Origin: Acidobacteriota bacterium
GTDB taxonomy: Bacteria > Acidobacteriota > UBA890 > WLXD01
Direction of reading: 5' to 3'
NCBI GenBank assembly: GCA_963666215.2
Contig: CAXWPL010000003.1
Span: 128,001-192,000, forward strand
DNA length: 64,000 nt
Shown here: one piece after another, positions 19,484-28,792 of the stretch
How positions within the stretch are numbered: position 1 is the first letter of the stretch
Layout: every line of letters begins with the position of its first letter
The notes under the pieces: generated by a model
Seen by the model: the letters and a program-made list of their open reading frames with translations, nothing else
Told to the model about the DNA's origin: nothing
The model's database searches: none
Made by a program: the position numbers and the translations under genes

Positions 19484-21691
19484 ATGCTCCAACTCACACA
19501 GGACCTCATGTCGAACCAGCAAAAGCTCGCCGTCTACGTCCGGTGGCTGAGCTTCCTGGCGCTGATCTATCTGTTGTCGTTCGGCGCCCCGGGCTCGATT
19601 GCACCGCAGGTCGCGCTGATTGTCGTGGCTGCGCTATCGAACGTCGGCTTGTCGCGTCTCTCCGTCGCCATGTGGGACCATCCCGTCTTGCTGCCTGCGA
19701 TCACGCTGCTCGACGTCTCGATCCTGACAAGCAGCATGGTCCTCGGCAGCGGTTTCAATCGGGACCTGCTGTTCGTCTACTTCGTTCTCGTGGCGTTGGT
19801 TGCCGCGGCGCCGAGCCTGAAATGGGGAACGGCGGCCGCGGCGGGAGCTTTGAGCGGCTACGCGGTCTACCTTTCGCTCGAGAACGGTAGAGCACTTCTG
19901 CAAAGCCCGGAGCTCATCGGGCAGATCGGCCTGCTCTTCAGCGCCGCCATCGTGTACGCGGGCTTGACTGAAGCCAGCAAGGTACGGCTCCAGGAAGCCG
20001 CCGCGCAAGGGCAACTCGTGAGCTGGGTCGACAAGATGAGCGCTGCGTTTTCGGAGGATTTCGACGCCATCGAGCTCATCCGACAAGTGCTCATCGACGC
20101 CCAACGGACCTTCTCCGGCAACGCTCGCAGCTCTCTCGTAGAGCTCACCGGCGAAGTCTTTCAGGTCATCGCCTCGAGCGACGATCGAGAGTTTCGCGAC
20201 AGGCCGCTCAACCTCGACCTTTACCCGGAGCTGCGGCTCGTGGTGAACGGCACCGAGCCTATCGTCATCGACGACATCAAGAAGGACCCCATCACCGCAC
20301 CCGTGCGCGAGCAGGTCGAAGGGCTCGAATTCTCCTCGCTACTGATCTGCCCTGTGCTACTCGATGGTGACAGCAACGACGGCATGGGTCACATCGTGCT
20401 GCGTGTGGCGCGATCTCACGGCGTGTTCACGCCGAGTCAGGTCGCGACAGCACAACACCTCGCCAGCGCCATCGCTCTCATCTTCCGACATGCGCGGATG
20501 CGCGACAGCGTCGAGAAGAACGAACGCATGCCCTTGGTGACCCAGATCACCTCGGGCGTCTCAGACAGCTTTGGTGACATCTTGCAGACTGTCCTGGTTT
20601 CGGCGGAGCTCTTGCGCAAGGAGGTCGTGCGTCAGCAGAACGGCGGCGGCGTGGTCCGCTTCGACCGCGAGGCGATGAGTCGATTCGACGCCATCGACGT
20701 AGCCGTCAGGGAGGGACTGACCATCACGGAGCGCCTTGGCGCCTGGACGCAACTGGGTAACGAGGCCGGCTCAGCCGAGGCTAGAGACCATCAGGTGCTC
20801 GCCCCGGCATCGGTGATGGAAGACGCATGGAGGTATGCGCAGCCCCACTGGATCAAGCGATCGGCCTCCCGCCCGCTGGAGTTCGGCACCGCCATCGAAG
20901 TCGACCCGCCCAAGATCACCGGCAACGCCGCCGAGCTGCGCGAGGTGCTGATCCATTTGATCGAAAACGCGATCGACGCGATGCCGAAAGGAGGCGTGCT
21001 CACCCTCGGGTTGCGTTCGACGGAAGACTCGGTCGTCTTCACCGTTAGCGACACGGGCGTCGGCATCGCGCCAGAAAACCGCCACAAGATCTTCGATCCG
21101 CTGTTCACCACCAAGGGATCGGCTGGTACCGGGCTGGGCCTGAACATCGCCAAGTCGATGGCGACGCGCCACAACGGCACTCTGCGGCTCGACCCTACGA
21201 CCTCGATCGGTACCAGCTTCGAATTCAGCCTGCCGATTGCGACCGATCAGGAAGAGCTCGACGACGGAGCCGAGCCAGTCGCGCTCGCCGCGCCATCGCG
21301 TCGTGTGCTCCTGGTGGAGAACAACCGGCAGGTTCGCGACGTCATGGAACGGGCGCTAGAGGCGTCAGACATTGATGTCGATACCGTGGCATCGGTCGAC
21401 GAAGCAGAGGTCTTGCTCCAGACAGAGCGGCACTACGACGGCCTGGTGGTCGACGCCCAAATCCCGCCGAGCAGCCTTGGCAGCTTCCTCGATGCCGTGC
21501 TCGAGTCGCGCCCCGAGTTGTCGACGCGAGTGTTGTTCTATTCGAACGGTCGCCCATCGAGCACCGTCGTAGATCTTCAAGCCGGCTACGGCTACAGCTA
21601 CGTCGACCGATCGGCCGGCCTGGCGGCCCTCAAGGACGCCCTCGAGAAGCTCTCGAGTGGCGGCAGCCAACAACGGCACCAGGCCGCTTGA
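19484..21691 (+). CDS. Membrane hybrid sensor kinase-like protein (TM-GAF-HisKA-like-HATPase-REC), H-box His apparently absent
   Basis: N/G1/F/G2 boxes (LIENAIDAM, DTGVGI, IFDPLFTTK, GTGLGL); REC-like RVLLVEN...LVVD; H-box region reads ITSGVSDSFGDIL. Confidence 0.85.
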   Translation: MLQLTQDLMSNQQKLAVYVRWLSFLALIYLLSFGAPGSIAPQVALIVVAALSNVGLSRLSVAMWDHPVLLPAITLLDVSILTSSMVLGSGFNRDLLFVYFVLVALVAAAPSLKWGTAAAAGALSGYAVYLSLENGRALLQSPELIGQIGLLFSAAIVYAGLTEASKVRLQEAAAQGQLVSWVDKMSAAFSEDFDAIELIRQVLIDAQRTFSGNARSSLVELTGEVFQVIASSDDREFRDRPLNLDLYPELRLVVNGTEPIVIDDIKKDPITAPVREQVEGLEFSSLLICPVLLDGDSNDGMGHIVLRVARSHGVFTPSQVATAQHLASAIALIFRHARMRDSVEKNERMPLVTQITSGVSDSFGDILQTVLVSAELLRKEVVRQQNGGGVVRFDREAMSRFDAIDVAVREGLTITERLGAWTQLGNEAGSAEARDHQVLAPASVMEDAWRYAQPHWIKRSASRPLEFGTAIEVDPPKITGNAAELREVLIHLIENAIDAMPKGGVLTLGLRSTEDSVVFTVSDTGVGIAPENRHKIFDPLFTTKGSAGTGLGLNIAKSMATRHNGTLRLDPTTSIGTSFEFSLPIATDQEELDDGAEPVALAAPSRRVLLVENNRQVRDVMERALEASDIDVDTVASVDEAEVLLQTERHYDGLVVDAQIPPSSLGSFLDAVLESRPELSTRVLFYSNGRPSSTVVDLQAGYGYSYVDRSAGLAALKDALEKLSSGGSQQRHQAA

Positions 21692-21844
21692 GGCGCCGCG
21701 GCCTGTAAGCCTCCATACGACCTCGCAGAGCCCGAGCCTGGCGCCGCCGGCACCTGCCGGCCAGCAAGTGCGACAATCGTCTGCAACCGCACGCCGATGC
21801 GCGTACGATTTTCGGAAGGCGATCGACACTTGTCCGGAGGCACT

Positions 21845-22885
21845 ATGACTGGCAGGAGCTCCAGGCTGAAAGCACTGACGGCCGGCAGCGGCCTCGTTCT
21901 GATGGCGGCTTCGATTGGCGCCACTGCGGCCGTTGCCCATGCGGCGGCGAGAGGCGGCGGGCAGGCGGCCCAGCAACCCGAGGGCTACCGGCAGATGCTG
22001 CCGCGCGGAGGGATCCCGGCGATCGACGAGCCGCAGTGGGTCGCTGCGAGCGAGGCCAACATACCGGGCCCGGCCTATGTGTTCGGCATCGTCGTCGAAG
22101 GGCAAGCACGCGCCTTCAGCATCAACCTGTTGAACACGCATGAGGTGGTCAACGACAAGATCGGTGCGACCGCCTACGCCGCCGTTTGGTGACCGCTCGC
22201 CAACACGGCTGTCGTGTACAGCCGCGCCTATGGCGGACGCGAGCTCAACTTTGAAGCCTCTGGAGGCCTGATCAACGCCTCGCTGGTAATGCAGGATCGC
22301 GAGACCAGCTCGTACTGGCCCCTCATGAGCGGCAAGTCTCTCGCCGGCGAGTACGAGGGCACCCCCCTCGAGGAGCTTCCGACCGGCGAAAAGGTCCGCT
22401 GGCGCGAGTGGAAGGCCGCTCACCCCGACACACTCGTGCTGTCGGTAAACGGGCGGCAGCATGCTGGCGATGCGTACGCTAGCTACTGGACCGACCCCGA
22501 CGGCTTCAGTGGCTTCACCGCGGAAGACGATCGCCTCGAAACAAAAACGCCGATCTACGCCTTCCGGTCGGGCGACGTGAGCTACGCCGTCGAACTGGCA
22601 AAGGTCTCGGGCGGTCACAGCTTCGACGCCGACGGCAAGCAGATCTTCCTGTATCGCAAGCCGAACGACCCCCTGTTCGCCTCGACCGCGGCGTACATGA
22701 CCAGCGGCGCCGGCTTCGTCGAACGGGACGGGATCTGGGTTCACGTCGATTCGGGAGCAACCTTCGACGACGCGTCGGGCGAATTCACCGGCGCAGCGCC
22801 TGGCGAGATCGAACGCCTGCCGGGCTTCGATACCTTCTGGTACAACTGGAGCCTCACCAACCCCGACACCGAGTTGCTCGAGTAG
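21845..22885 (+). CDS. DUF3179 family exported protein, probable selenoprotein (UGA at 22190-22192 read as Sec)
   Basis: ORFs 21797..22192 and 22214..22885 are in the same frame. Motifs GGIPAIDEP, HEVVND, W-UGA-PLANTAVVY (position of the family CPLC motif), LVMQDRETSSYW; GGAGG RBS; hairpin right after the UGA. Confidence 0.82.
22193..22236 (+). promoter_or_regulatory. Putative bacterial SECIS element
   Basis: Perfect 7-bp stem CGGCTGT (22206-22212)/ACAGCCG (22218-22224) with loop CGTGT, 20 nt after the UGA; possible lower CCGC/GCGG pairing. Confidence 0.7.
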
Positions 22886-22950
22886 CGCCGCCCAGAAATC
22901 CGCTCCAGGTAGAAAACAAGCGCAAGCAAGATCGCAGTGCGACCCGTCCG

Positions 22951-24378
22951 CTACCCGCTGTGGCTGACGGGTCGTGCCGCGTCGCCGGGCACGCCTAGCC
23001 AACCGAGCTGGCGACCGAGGGCATAGACGGCCGCCCCGAGTAGCATCGTGCCCAGCGCCGCGAAGGTCGGCAGGGGCGCGTCGACAAGTCCGTTGGCCCA
23101 AGCGGCCACCGTAATGCCCACGAAAACGAGCGCCGGCAGCGGGAACAACGGCGTCGCGAACACGGCTTCGCCTGGCGCCCCGTCGCGGAGCCGCACAACA
23201 AAGAGCGCGGCAACTGTGAGACCGGCGAAGAGCAGCAGCGCCGAACCGATGTAGGTCAACAGCAGACCGAAGGATCCGGTAAGCGCGAGCAGCGCCGCGA
23301 GCACGCCTTGCGCCACGATGGCAATGCGTGGCACACGACCGGAGGCCGAGATCCGCGCCAGCGCGCTCGGCGCGAGCTGGTCACGTGCCATGGCGAAGTA
23401 GATGCGCGGACCGACTGCTGTCATGGCGCTTACCGATCCGAACATAGCGAAGGCGATGAGCGCGCTCACCGCCAACGCGCCGCCGTGGCCGAACAGGCGT
23501 TCGGCCGCAACCTGGCCCACCGCGATGTCCGCCTGCCACTCCGCCTCGGGCAGGGCGTAGAAGAACAGAGCGTTGAGCGCCAGATAGACAACGGCCACGA
23601 CCGCGGTTCCCAGGAGCAGCGCCCGAGGCAAATTTCGACGCGGCTCGCTCACTTCACCGGCCATGTAGGCGGCAGCGTTCCATCCGGAATAGGCGAAGCT
23701 CACCTGCAGCAGCGCAACCCACCAGCTGCTTTGCCCCGCGGTGCTCGCTCGTAGCCCCGCCGCGCTGCCGGCGCCGGTCGATAGGCCCGCGACCACGAAC
23801 ACCGCGATACCGACCAGAACCACCGCCGCCAGTGTCGTTTGGAAGCGTGAGCTGGAACGCACACCGATGCAATGCAGAACCGTCAGCATCGCCACCAGGC
23901 CCGCGGCACCGAGGGCGGCCTGTGAAACAGGCCATCCGACCACCACCGGCGCATCCGATTGCCAGCCCGGAATCAGCGGGGCAACGTAGGCCATCACACC
24001 GAGCGACGATGCGGCAACCGCTGCCGAGAACCCCACCACGAACGAGGTCCAGCCACTCAGGAACCCCCAAAGCGGACCGAAGACACGCGACAGGTAGCGG
24101 TACTCCCCGCCCGCCCCCGGCATGCGCGTAGCCAGCTCGGCGTAGCACAGCGCCCCGCTCAGCCCGAGCAGCGCTCCAGCAGCCCAGACCCCGAGCGAAC
24201 CGAGCGCGCTCCCGGTGGCCACGCGAACAAAGGCGGGCACAGTGAAGATCCCCGACCCGATCATGTTGGTCACCACGAAGGCGGCCGCCGCGGCGAAGCC
24301 GAGCGAGCGGCGCAAGTCGATAACCGCCGAAGACGTCGGGCGCTCGAGCACAGGCTCGGAGGAATGGTGTTCGGGCAC
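22951..24378 (-). CDS. APC family amino acid permease
   Basis: LRRSLG..VVTNMIGSGIF, CYAELATRMPGAGGEY, FAYSGWN, GPRIYFAMARD; GTG start 8 nt after TATGCT. Confidence 0.9.
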   Translation of the reverse strand: MPEHHSSEPVLERPTSSAVIDLRRSLGFAAAAAFVVTNMIGSGIFTVPAFVRVATGSALGSLGVWAAGALLGLSGALCYAELATRMPGAGGEYRYLSRVFGPLWGFLSGWTSFVVGFSAAVAASSLGVMAYVAPLIPGWQSDAPVVVGWPVSQAALGAAGLVAMLTVLHCIGVRSSSRFQTTLAAVVLVGIAVFVVAGLSTGAGSAAGLRASTAGQSSWWVALLQVSFAYSGWNAAAYMAGEVSEPRRNLPRALLLGTAVVAVVYLALNALFFYALPEAEWQADIAVGQVAAERLFGHGGALAVSALIAFAMFGSVSAMTAVGPRIYFAMARDQLAPSALARISASGRVPRIAIVAQGVLAALLALTGSFGLLLTYIGSALLLFAGLTVAALFVVRLRDGAPGEAVFATPLFPLPALVFVGITVAAWANGLVDAPLPTFAALGTMLLGAAVYALGRQLGWLGVPGDAARPVSHSG

Positions 24379-24609
24379 GGCCGCCAAGCATACCTGCGCG
24401 CGGCCCTCCGAGCTCCGGAGGAGCATCAATGGTGTCCGCTTTCGGGAAGCGGGGTTTGCAATCTGCGCCGTGGCACCGATACTGAGGGGACTCCCCGAGA
24501 GACCTTCAGCCGAAGGCCGAAGGACGACGTCCATCGACCCCGAGAGTGAAGCGCCAGCCTGGAATTCGTTGTTGCGAGCCAGGCCGCGTCGAACACTCGG
24601 ATCCCCGCC

Positions 24610-25065
24610 GTGAGCGAACCCATGGCCAACGTCGAACGTGAGCATCAGATCCTCTCCGAACCACCCACGCAGGAGCTTCTCGAGGCGCGCCAGAACGACG
24701 GCTGGCACGCCGTCGCGATTGTCTGGGAGCGCCAGGGAAGCGACGAAGTAGCGGCAGGCAGAACCCCGGTGGAACGCCAGGCGGTCCCCTTCGGATTGAA
24801 GGTGGCGCCCGATTGTCAGCAACTCGAGACCGACAGCACGGAGCGTGAGGCCATGAAGCTCATGCTGCGGCTCCTCGTCGACGACGTGCCGTTTGCGCAA
24901 GTCGCGGCCAAGCTCAACGAACAGGGCTTCTGTAGGCGGCGGGGGGGCGACTGGAACCAGACCGCCGTTTTCCACATGCTGCCGCGTCTTCTCGAGATCG
25001 CCCCAGCGATGTACTCGAGCAGCGACTGGATCGCTTTGAGGCCGAGCCTTCGGCAGGCAGTCTAA
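24610..25065 (+). CDS. Stand-alone 'Recombinase' (serine-integrase DNA-binding-type) domain protein
   Basis: VPFGLK...EREAMKLM...FAQVAAKLNEQGFCRRRGGDW resembles the PF07508 domain; no catalytic resolvase N-terminal domain seen. Confidence 0.6.
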   Translation: MSEPMANVEREHQILSEPPTQELLEARQNDGWHAVAIVWERQGSDEVAAGRTPVERQAVPFGLKVAPDCQQLETDSTEREAMKLMLRLLVDDVPFAQVAAKLNEQGFCRRRGGDWNQTAVFHMLPRLLEIAPAMYSSSDWIALRPSLRQAV

Positions 25066-25123
25066 CGTCGGCGCCGCCGGCGCTCGCCTCTTCCCCTGAA
25101 ACTGGAACCTTCCGCGTCGGGCT

Positions 25124-26746
25124 TTGAGCGCCGCCAACGTCAGCTACCCATCAGATCCATCAACAACGCCGGTCTCGGTTCTCGTCCATCTGTCGGGCGC
25201 CGACCGAGGGCAAGTGCGGCGGCTCGATCAGAACATCGTCTACCTCGGCCTTAGAAGCACCGGCAGGGGCGGCACAGGCGCGCCCAAGGTCGAGGTCGGG
25301 CTCGACGAGGGCTACGCCGCCGAGAAGACACTCGTGGTCTTGCGGCGCAGCAATCAGACCTACCGCCTGGAGCCGTTCCCGGGCGTTGACGTTTGGATCA
25401 ACGGTGAGCGCGCCGACACTCAGGCGCTCAACAGCGGCGACGTGATCGAGATCGCCTCGGGCAGTGACGGGCTCGTTCTTCGCTTTCGTCAGTACGAGCC
25501 AGGAAGCGACGCCTACAAGACCCTGGGCGAGGCCTTCGCGGATTGCGTCGAGTGCGCGCGCCACGCACACAGCGGCCCCGAGGGGCTGCGAATGCTCACA
25601 GCCGGGCTGCTGCGAGAGCTCGTTGGACACGTTTCCCCGCTCACCCGCGTGGCTGTGGTCGCGGCTGTGATCCTGTTTGTTGCCGCCCTTGGTGCACTGT
25701 GGCGGCAGAACCAGGCCTTGGAGCGCCGCTTTGCCGAGGAGCGCCTGCGTATTGAGGGCCTCGCGGTACTCCTCGAAGACAGCGAGCGCGAGGCTTTTAA
25801 CGTCGACGATTTCTCCGCGGCACGCGCTGATCTCGACATCCGTATCGCCGAGACTCTGGCGCGCCTGGATGCTCTCGAGAATCGAGCGGGCGCCCGCGCC
25901 CGAGTGATCGCCGAGGCTTCGCGCTCGGTGATCTTCCTGCAGGGCGCCTATGGGTTCGACGATCCCGACAGCGGCCGCCCGCTGCGCTTGGCGAGCGGCC
26001 CGGACGGCCGTCCGTTGCGCGACCCGTTGGGCAATATCGCGCTGAAGCTGGGTGGCGACGGAGAACCTCTCGAGCTGCGCTACACCGGCACCGGGTTCGT
26101 GGTCTCGGAGCTCGGTCACGTCGTGACCAACCGTCACGTAGCACAACCTTGGGATTTCGACGACAACGCCAAGCGCATCCTGGCCAACGGCTTCGAGCCG
26201 GTGATGCGCCGCTTCGTGGGCTACCTACCTGGGAACGGAACACCGCTCGCGATCGGCGTTGTAGGCGTGCACGACGAGGCCGACGTCGCCCTGCTGCGCT
26301 GCGACAGCTCCAGCACAGAGGTCGCGGCGCTCGAGCTGACCGGCACCGTGCCCGAGCTCGGCGCCGAGGTCATCGTCCTCGGCTACCCAACCGGGATGCG
26401 GGCGCTGCTGGCACGCGCCGAGCCGACGTTCGTGGAGCGTGTCACCTCTGGCGGATCGGTGGACTTCTGGAACCTGGCGCGCGAGCTCGCCAGCGGCGGC
26501 TACGTTCAACCGCTGGCCACCGTCGGTGTTGTGGGCCAAGCTACCGTGGGCTCGATTGTCTACGACGCCGAGACCACGCACGGCGGCAGCGGCGGTCCTG
26601 TCCTCAACCTTGACGGCCGCGTTGTGGCGATCAACGCGGCCGTGCTGCCGGAGTTCGGGGGCTCGAACCTCGGGGTTCCGGCGGCCGCGGCGCTGGAGCT
26701 ACTCGAGCCTCAGCTTGTTGCTATTGAGGCTGCGTCGCGGCGTTGA
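25124..26746 (+). CDS. FHA-like domain + TM + coiled coil + trypsin-like serine protease
   Basis: VWINGE..LNSGDVIEI (FHA-like); TM VAVVAAVILFVAAL; GTGFVV, TNRHV, DVALL and GGSGGP triad motifs. Confidence 0.8.
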   Translation: MSAANVSYPSDPSTTPVSVLVHLSGADRGQVRRLDQNIVYLGLRSTGRGGTGAPKVEVGLDEGYAAEKTLVVLRRSNQTYRLEPFPGVDVWINGERADTQALNSGDVIEIASGSDGLVLRFRQYEPGSDAYKTLGEAFADCVECARHAHSGPEGLRMLTAGLLRELVGHVSPLTRVAVVAAVILFVAALGALWRQNQALERRFAEERLRIEGLAVLLEDSEREAFNVDDFSAARADLDIRIAETLARLDALENRAGARARVIAEASRSVIFLQGAYGFDDPDSGRPLRLASGPDGRPLRDPLGNIALKLGGDGEPLELRYTGTGFVVSELGHVVTNRHVAQPWDFDDNAKRILANGFEPVMRRFVGYLPGNGTPLAIGVVGVHDEADVALLRCDSSSTEVAALELTGTVPELGAEVIVLGYPTGMRALLARAEPTFVERVTSGGSVDFWNLARELASGGYVQPLATVGVVGQATVGSIVYDAETTHGGSGGPVLNLDGRVVAINAAVLPEFGGSNLGVPAAAALELLEPQLVAIEAASRR

Positions 26747-27281
26747 CGCGTGCGATGAAGGCGTCGGTCACGTCGAGCTCGGGCGAGTAGTACAGGAGTC
26801 CGCCCACCTGACTGAGCCGTGTGTCGAGGATCAGCCCGTAGCCCTCAGTGGCCGCCATATTCTGCAGCTGCGGAATCAGCGCCGCATTGACCGTCCCGAG
26901 CGCTTCCTCCTGCAGGCGCTGCAGCGCGCGTCGGGCATCGTCCTGCATCCGCGTCAGCTGCACCTGCAACTCCTCGATGCGGACATCCATCTGCGCCATC
27001 GCCCGCGCGTTGAGCGTCAGCGCCTGCTGCTGGCGCGTCTGCGTCAGCTGGGTCAGCTCGGTCTGCGAACCAACGAAGCGCGACTCCCAATCGTCAGCGG
27101 CTGCCTGCACGCGAGCGGTGGCAGCGCGACCCACGTCGGTTTGCTCGGTAACACGCTCGCCGTCAATCAGAACTATCGGCAGCTGCCCCTGAGTGGCCGA
27201 TGTCCACGGCGACCAGGATCCGAGCGCGGCAACTGCGGCAATGAGCATGAGCGGAGTGTTCACAGCCTTGTTGAGATTCAT
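26721..27281 (-). CDS. skp: OmpH/Skp family periplasmic chaperone
   Basis: Signal peptide; IVLIDGERV; long coiled coil; GYGLILD...LLYYSPELDVTDAFI. Confidence 0.8.
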   Translation of the reverse strand: MNLNKAVNTPLMLIAAVAALGSWSPWTSATQGQLPIVLIDGERVTEQTDVGRAATARVQAAADDWESRFVGSQTELTQLTQTRQQQALTLNARAMAQMDVRIEELQVQLTRMQDDARRALQRLQEEALGTVNAALIPQLQNMAATEGYGLILDTRLSQVGGLLYYSPELDVTDAFIARVNAATQPQ

Positions 27282-27656
27282 CGACAGGTCTCCTGAGATG
27301 AGTGTGGAGCGGGTCCGAAGCGTCGCGATCTGACGCAGTAGCCGTTGAGTCCGAAGCTGACGAGATCGCGGATCTGATGGCGAATCGAGCGGCTGCATCG
27401 GCGCCACCTGCGACAACAGTAGTTGACCGCGGGCGACGAGCGCTAGCGCGTCTGCGTAACTCATCCGAGGCCCGTGGGAAGCGCGTGCGGTGAGCGGATG
27501 GACCGGCGTATCGCACGTCGTACTCTCACCGCGGGAGGGCTCTGATTCGCCCGCCTCACCCCATCTCACCATGGTACGCTTGCGCGGCTCGCTCCTCGGC
27601 GACCCTTTTTCGAATTGCGCGAATCACTGTCGAGGTCCCCTCGGAGGCCCCCTCTG

Positions 27657-28475
27657 ATGAAGGCACGCTCCGCGATGTTTGCCACGGCACTGGGAGCGGT
27701 ACTGGGCGTCGTGTTAACGCTCGCAACGCCTGGCGAAGCTAGCGCTGCTTGCACCTGCATGTCGCCGAAACGCCCGGCCTGCGAGGTCTACTGGCAGACT
27801 GCGGCGATCTTCGTGGGGCGGGTTGTCACGATCCAAGCCGAAGAAGCCCCGAGCAACACCGGCGCCAACGACCTCACCAGCACCGTCTCCTCTCAACAGG
27901 ACATGGCGCGTGTGGTGATCATGGAGGTGCTCGAGGACTGGCAGGGGGTCGACGGCGAGAAGCGGGTCGAGGTCCGAACCGGGGCCGGCGGCGGCGACTG
28001 CGGCTTCGACTTCGAGGACGGCGAAACCTACGTCGTGTACGCCAACCGCGCACGCCAGACCAGCCGGCTCGAAACCGGAATCTGCTCGCGCACAGCCAAG
28101 CTCGAGGACGCCGCGATCGACCTCGCCTATATGCGTGGGCTCGCCCGCGCCGATAACACCGCGAGCCTGTACGGCTTGGTGATCCGCGAGCGCCAGGCTA
28201 TCGACCCCACGACGCTCGAACCGGGGCGGCGACCGGATCCCGGCGGACCGTTGCGCGATGTCGAAGTTGTCCTCGAGGGCGACCGCGAGCTCAGGATGCA
28301 GACAACCGACGAAGAGGGCTGGTACAAGTTCGACCAGCTACCTGAGGGCCGCTACCGCATTCAGGTCGTTGTTCCCGACGTCGAAGAGCAGGAGCGCTGG
28401 CGCATCCAGATCCCGGTCACGCCGGCGTGCATCTGGCGCAACTTGATCGTCGCGCCGCTGCCGATCGGCAACTAG
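27657..28475 (+). CDS. Secreted protein with TIMP/NTR-like N-domain and carboxypeptidase-regulatory-like C-domain
   Basis: Signal peptide then CTC; IFVGRV; GGDCGFDF..GETYVVYA; CSRT; TTDEEGWYKFDQLPEGRY. Confidence 0.65.
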   Translation: MKARSAMFATALGAVLGVVLTLATPGEASAACTCMSPKRPACEVYWQTAAIFVGRVVTIQAEEAPSNTGANDLTSTVSSQQDMARVVIMEVLEDWQGVDGEKRVEVRTGAGGGDCGFDFEDGETYVVYANRARQTSRLETGICSRTAKLEDAAIDLAYMRGLARADNTASLYGLVIRERQAIDPTTLEPGRRPDPGGPLRDVEVVLEGDRELRMQTTDEEGWYKFDQLPEGRYRIQVVVPDVEEQERWRIQIPVTPACIWRNLIVAPLPIGN

Positions 28476-28580
28476 CGGAGTGGCCGGCCGCGCTCACCCC
28501 GCGATCGGCACAGCGCCGGCAACCGCAGAGCACCCGGCAGATTGCCTGGTGGCACACAGCCGCCGGTCCGGAGCCTGGAC

Positions 28581-28757
28581 AAAAAAATGCCCGGGCGATT
28601 TCCACGATGGCCTCCCTACAGCTCTCCGTCACCCTCCGGTTCAGCAGTTTCCGTGGCCTTTGCCAAGCCCTTTCAGGTCAACCAGGGCTCCACAGTCTTT
28701 CTGTACCCTCACCGGGCTCCGGATTTCCGCCGTTCGGCCGGGGAAATCGTCCGGACA
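28581..28757 (-). ncRNA. Putative ~170-nt rod-like structured ncRNA (6S-like or Csr/Rsm-like; family not assigned)
   Basis: Upstream TTGACC-N17-TTTATT; 16-position closing stem with one mismatch; nested internal helices; ends in T7. Confidence 0.7.
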
Positions 28758-28763
28758 GGCGCT

Positions 28764-28792
28764 AATAAATCGCAGTCTGGGCCGGAGGTCAA
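28764..28792 (-). promoter_or_regulatory. Sigma70-type promoter for the ncRNA
   Basis: -35 TTGACC (28792-28787), 17-nt spacer, -10 TTTATT (28769-28764), 6 nt before the closing stem begins. Confidence 0.65.

Noticed and set aside
21365-23101. 578-aa minus-strand ORF across the DUF3179 locus
   Set aside because: Antisense shadow; the plus strand carries family motifs, an RBS and the SECIS-like hairpin.
28588-28757. c-di-GMP, glycine or cobalamin riboswitch, SRP, tmRNA or RNase P
   Set aside because: Only isolated words match; the conserved motif order is absent and no same-strand downstream gene is there to regulate.
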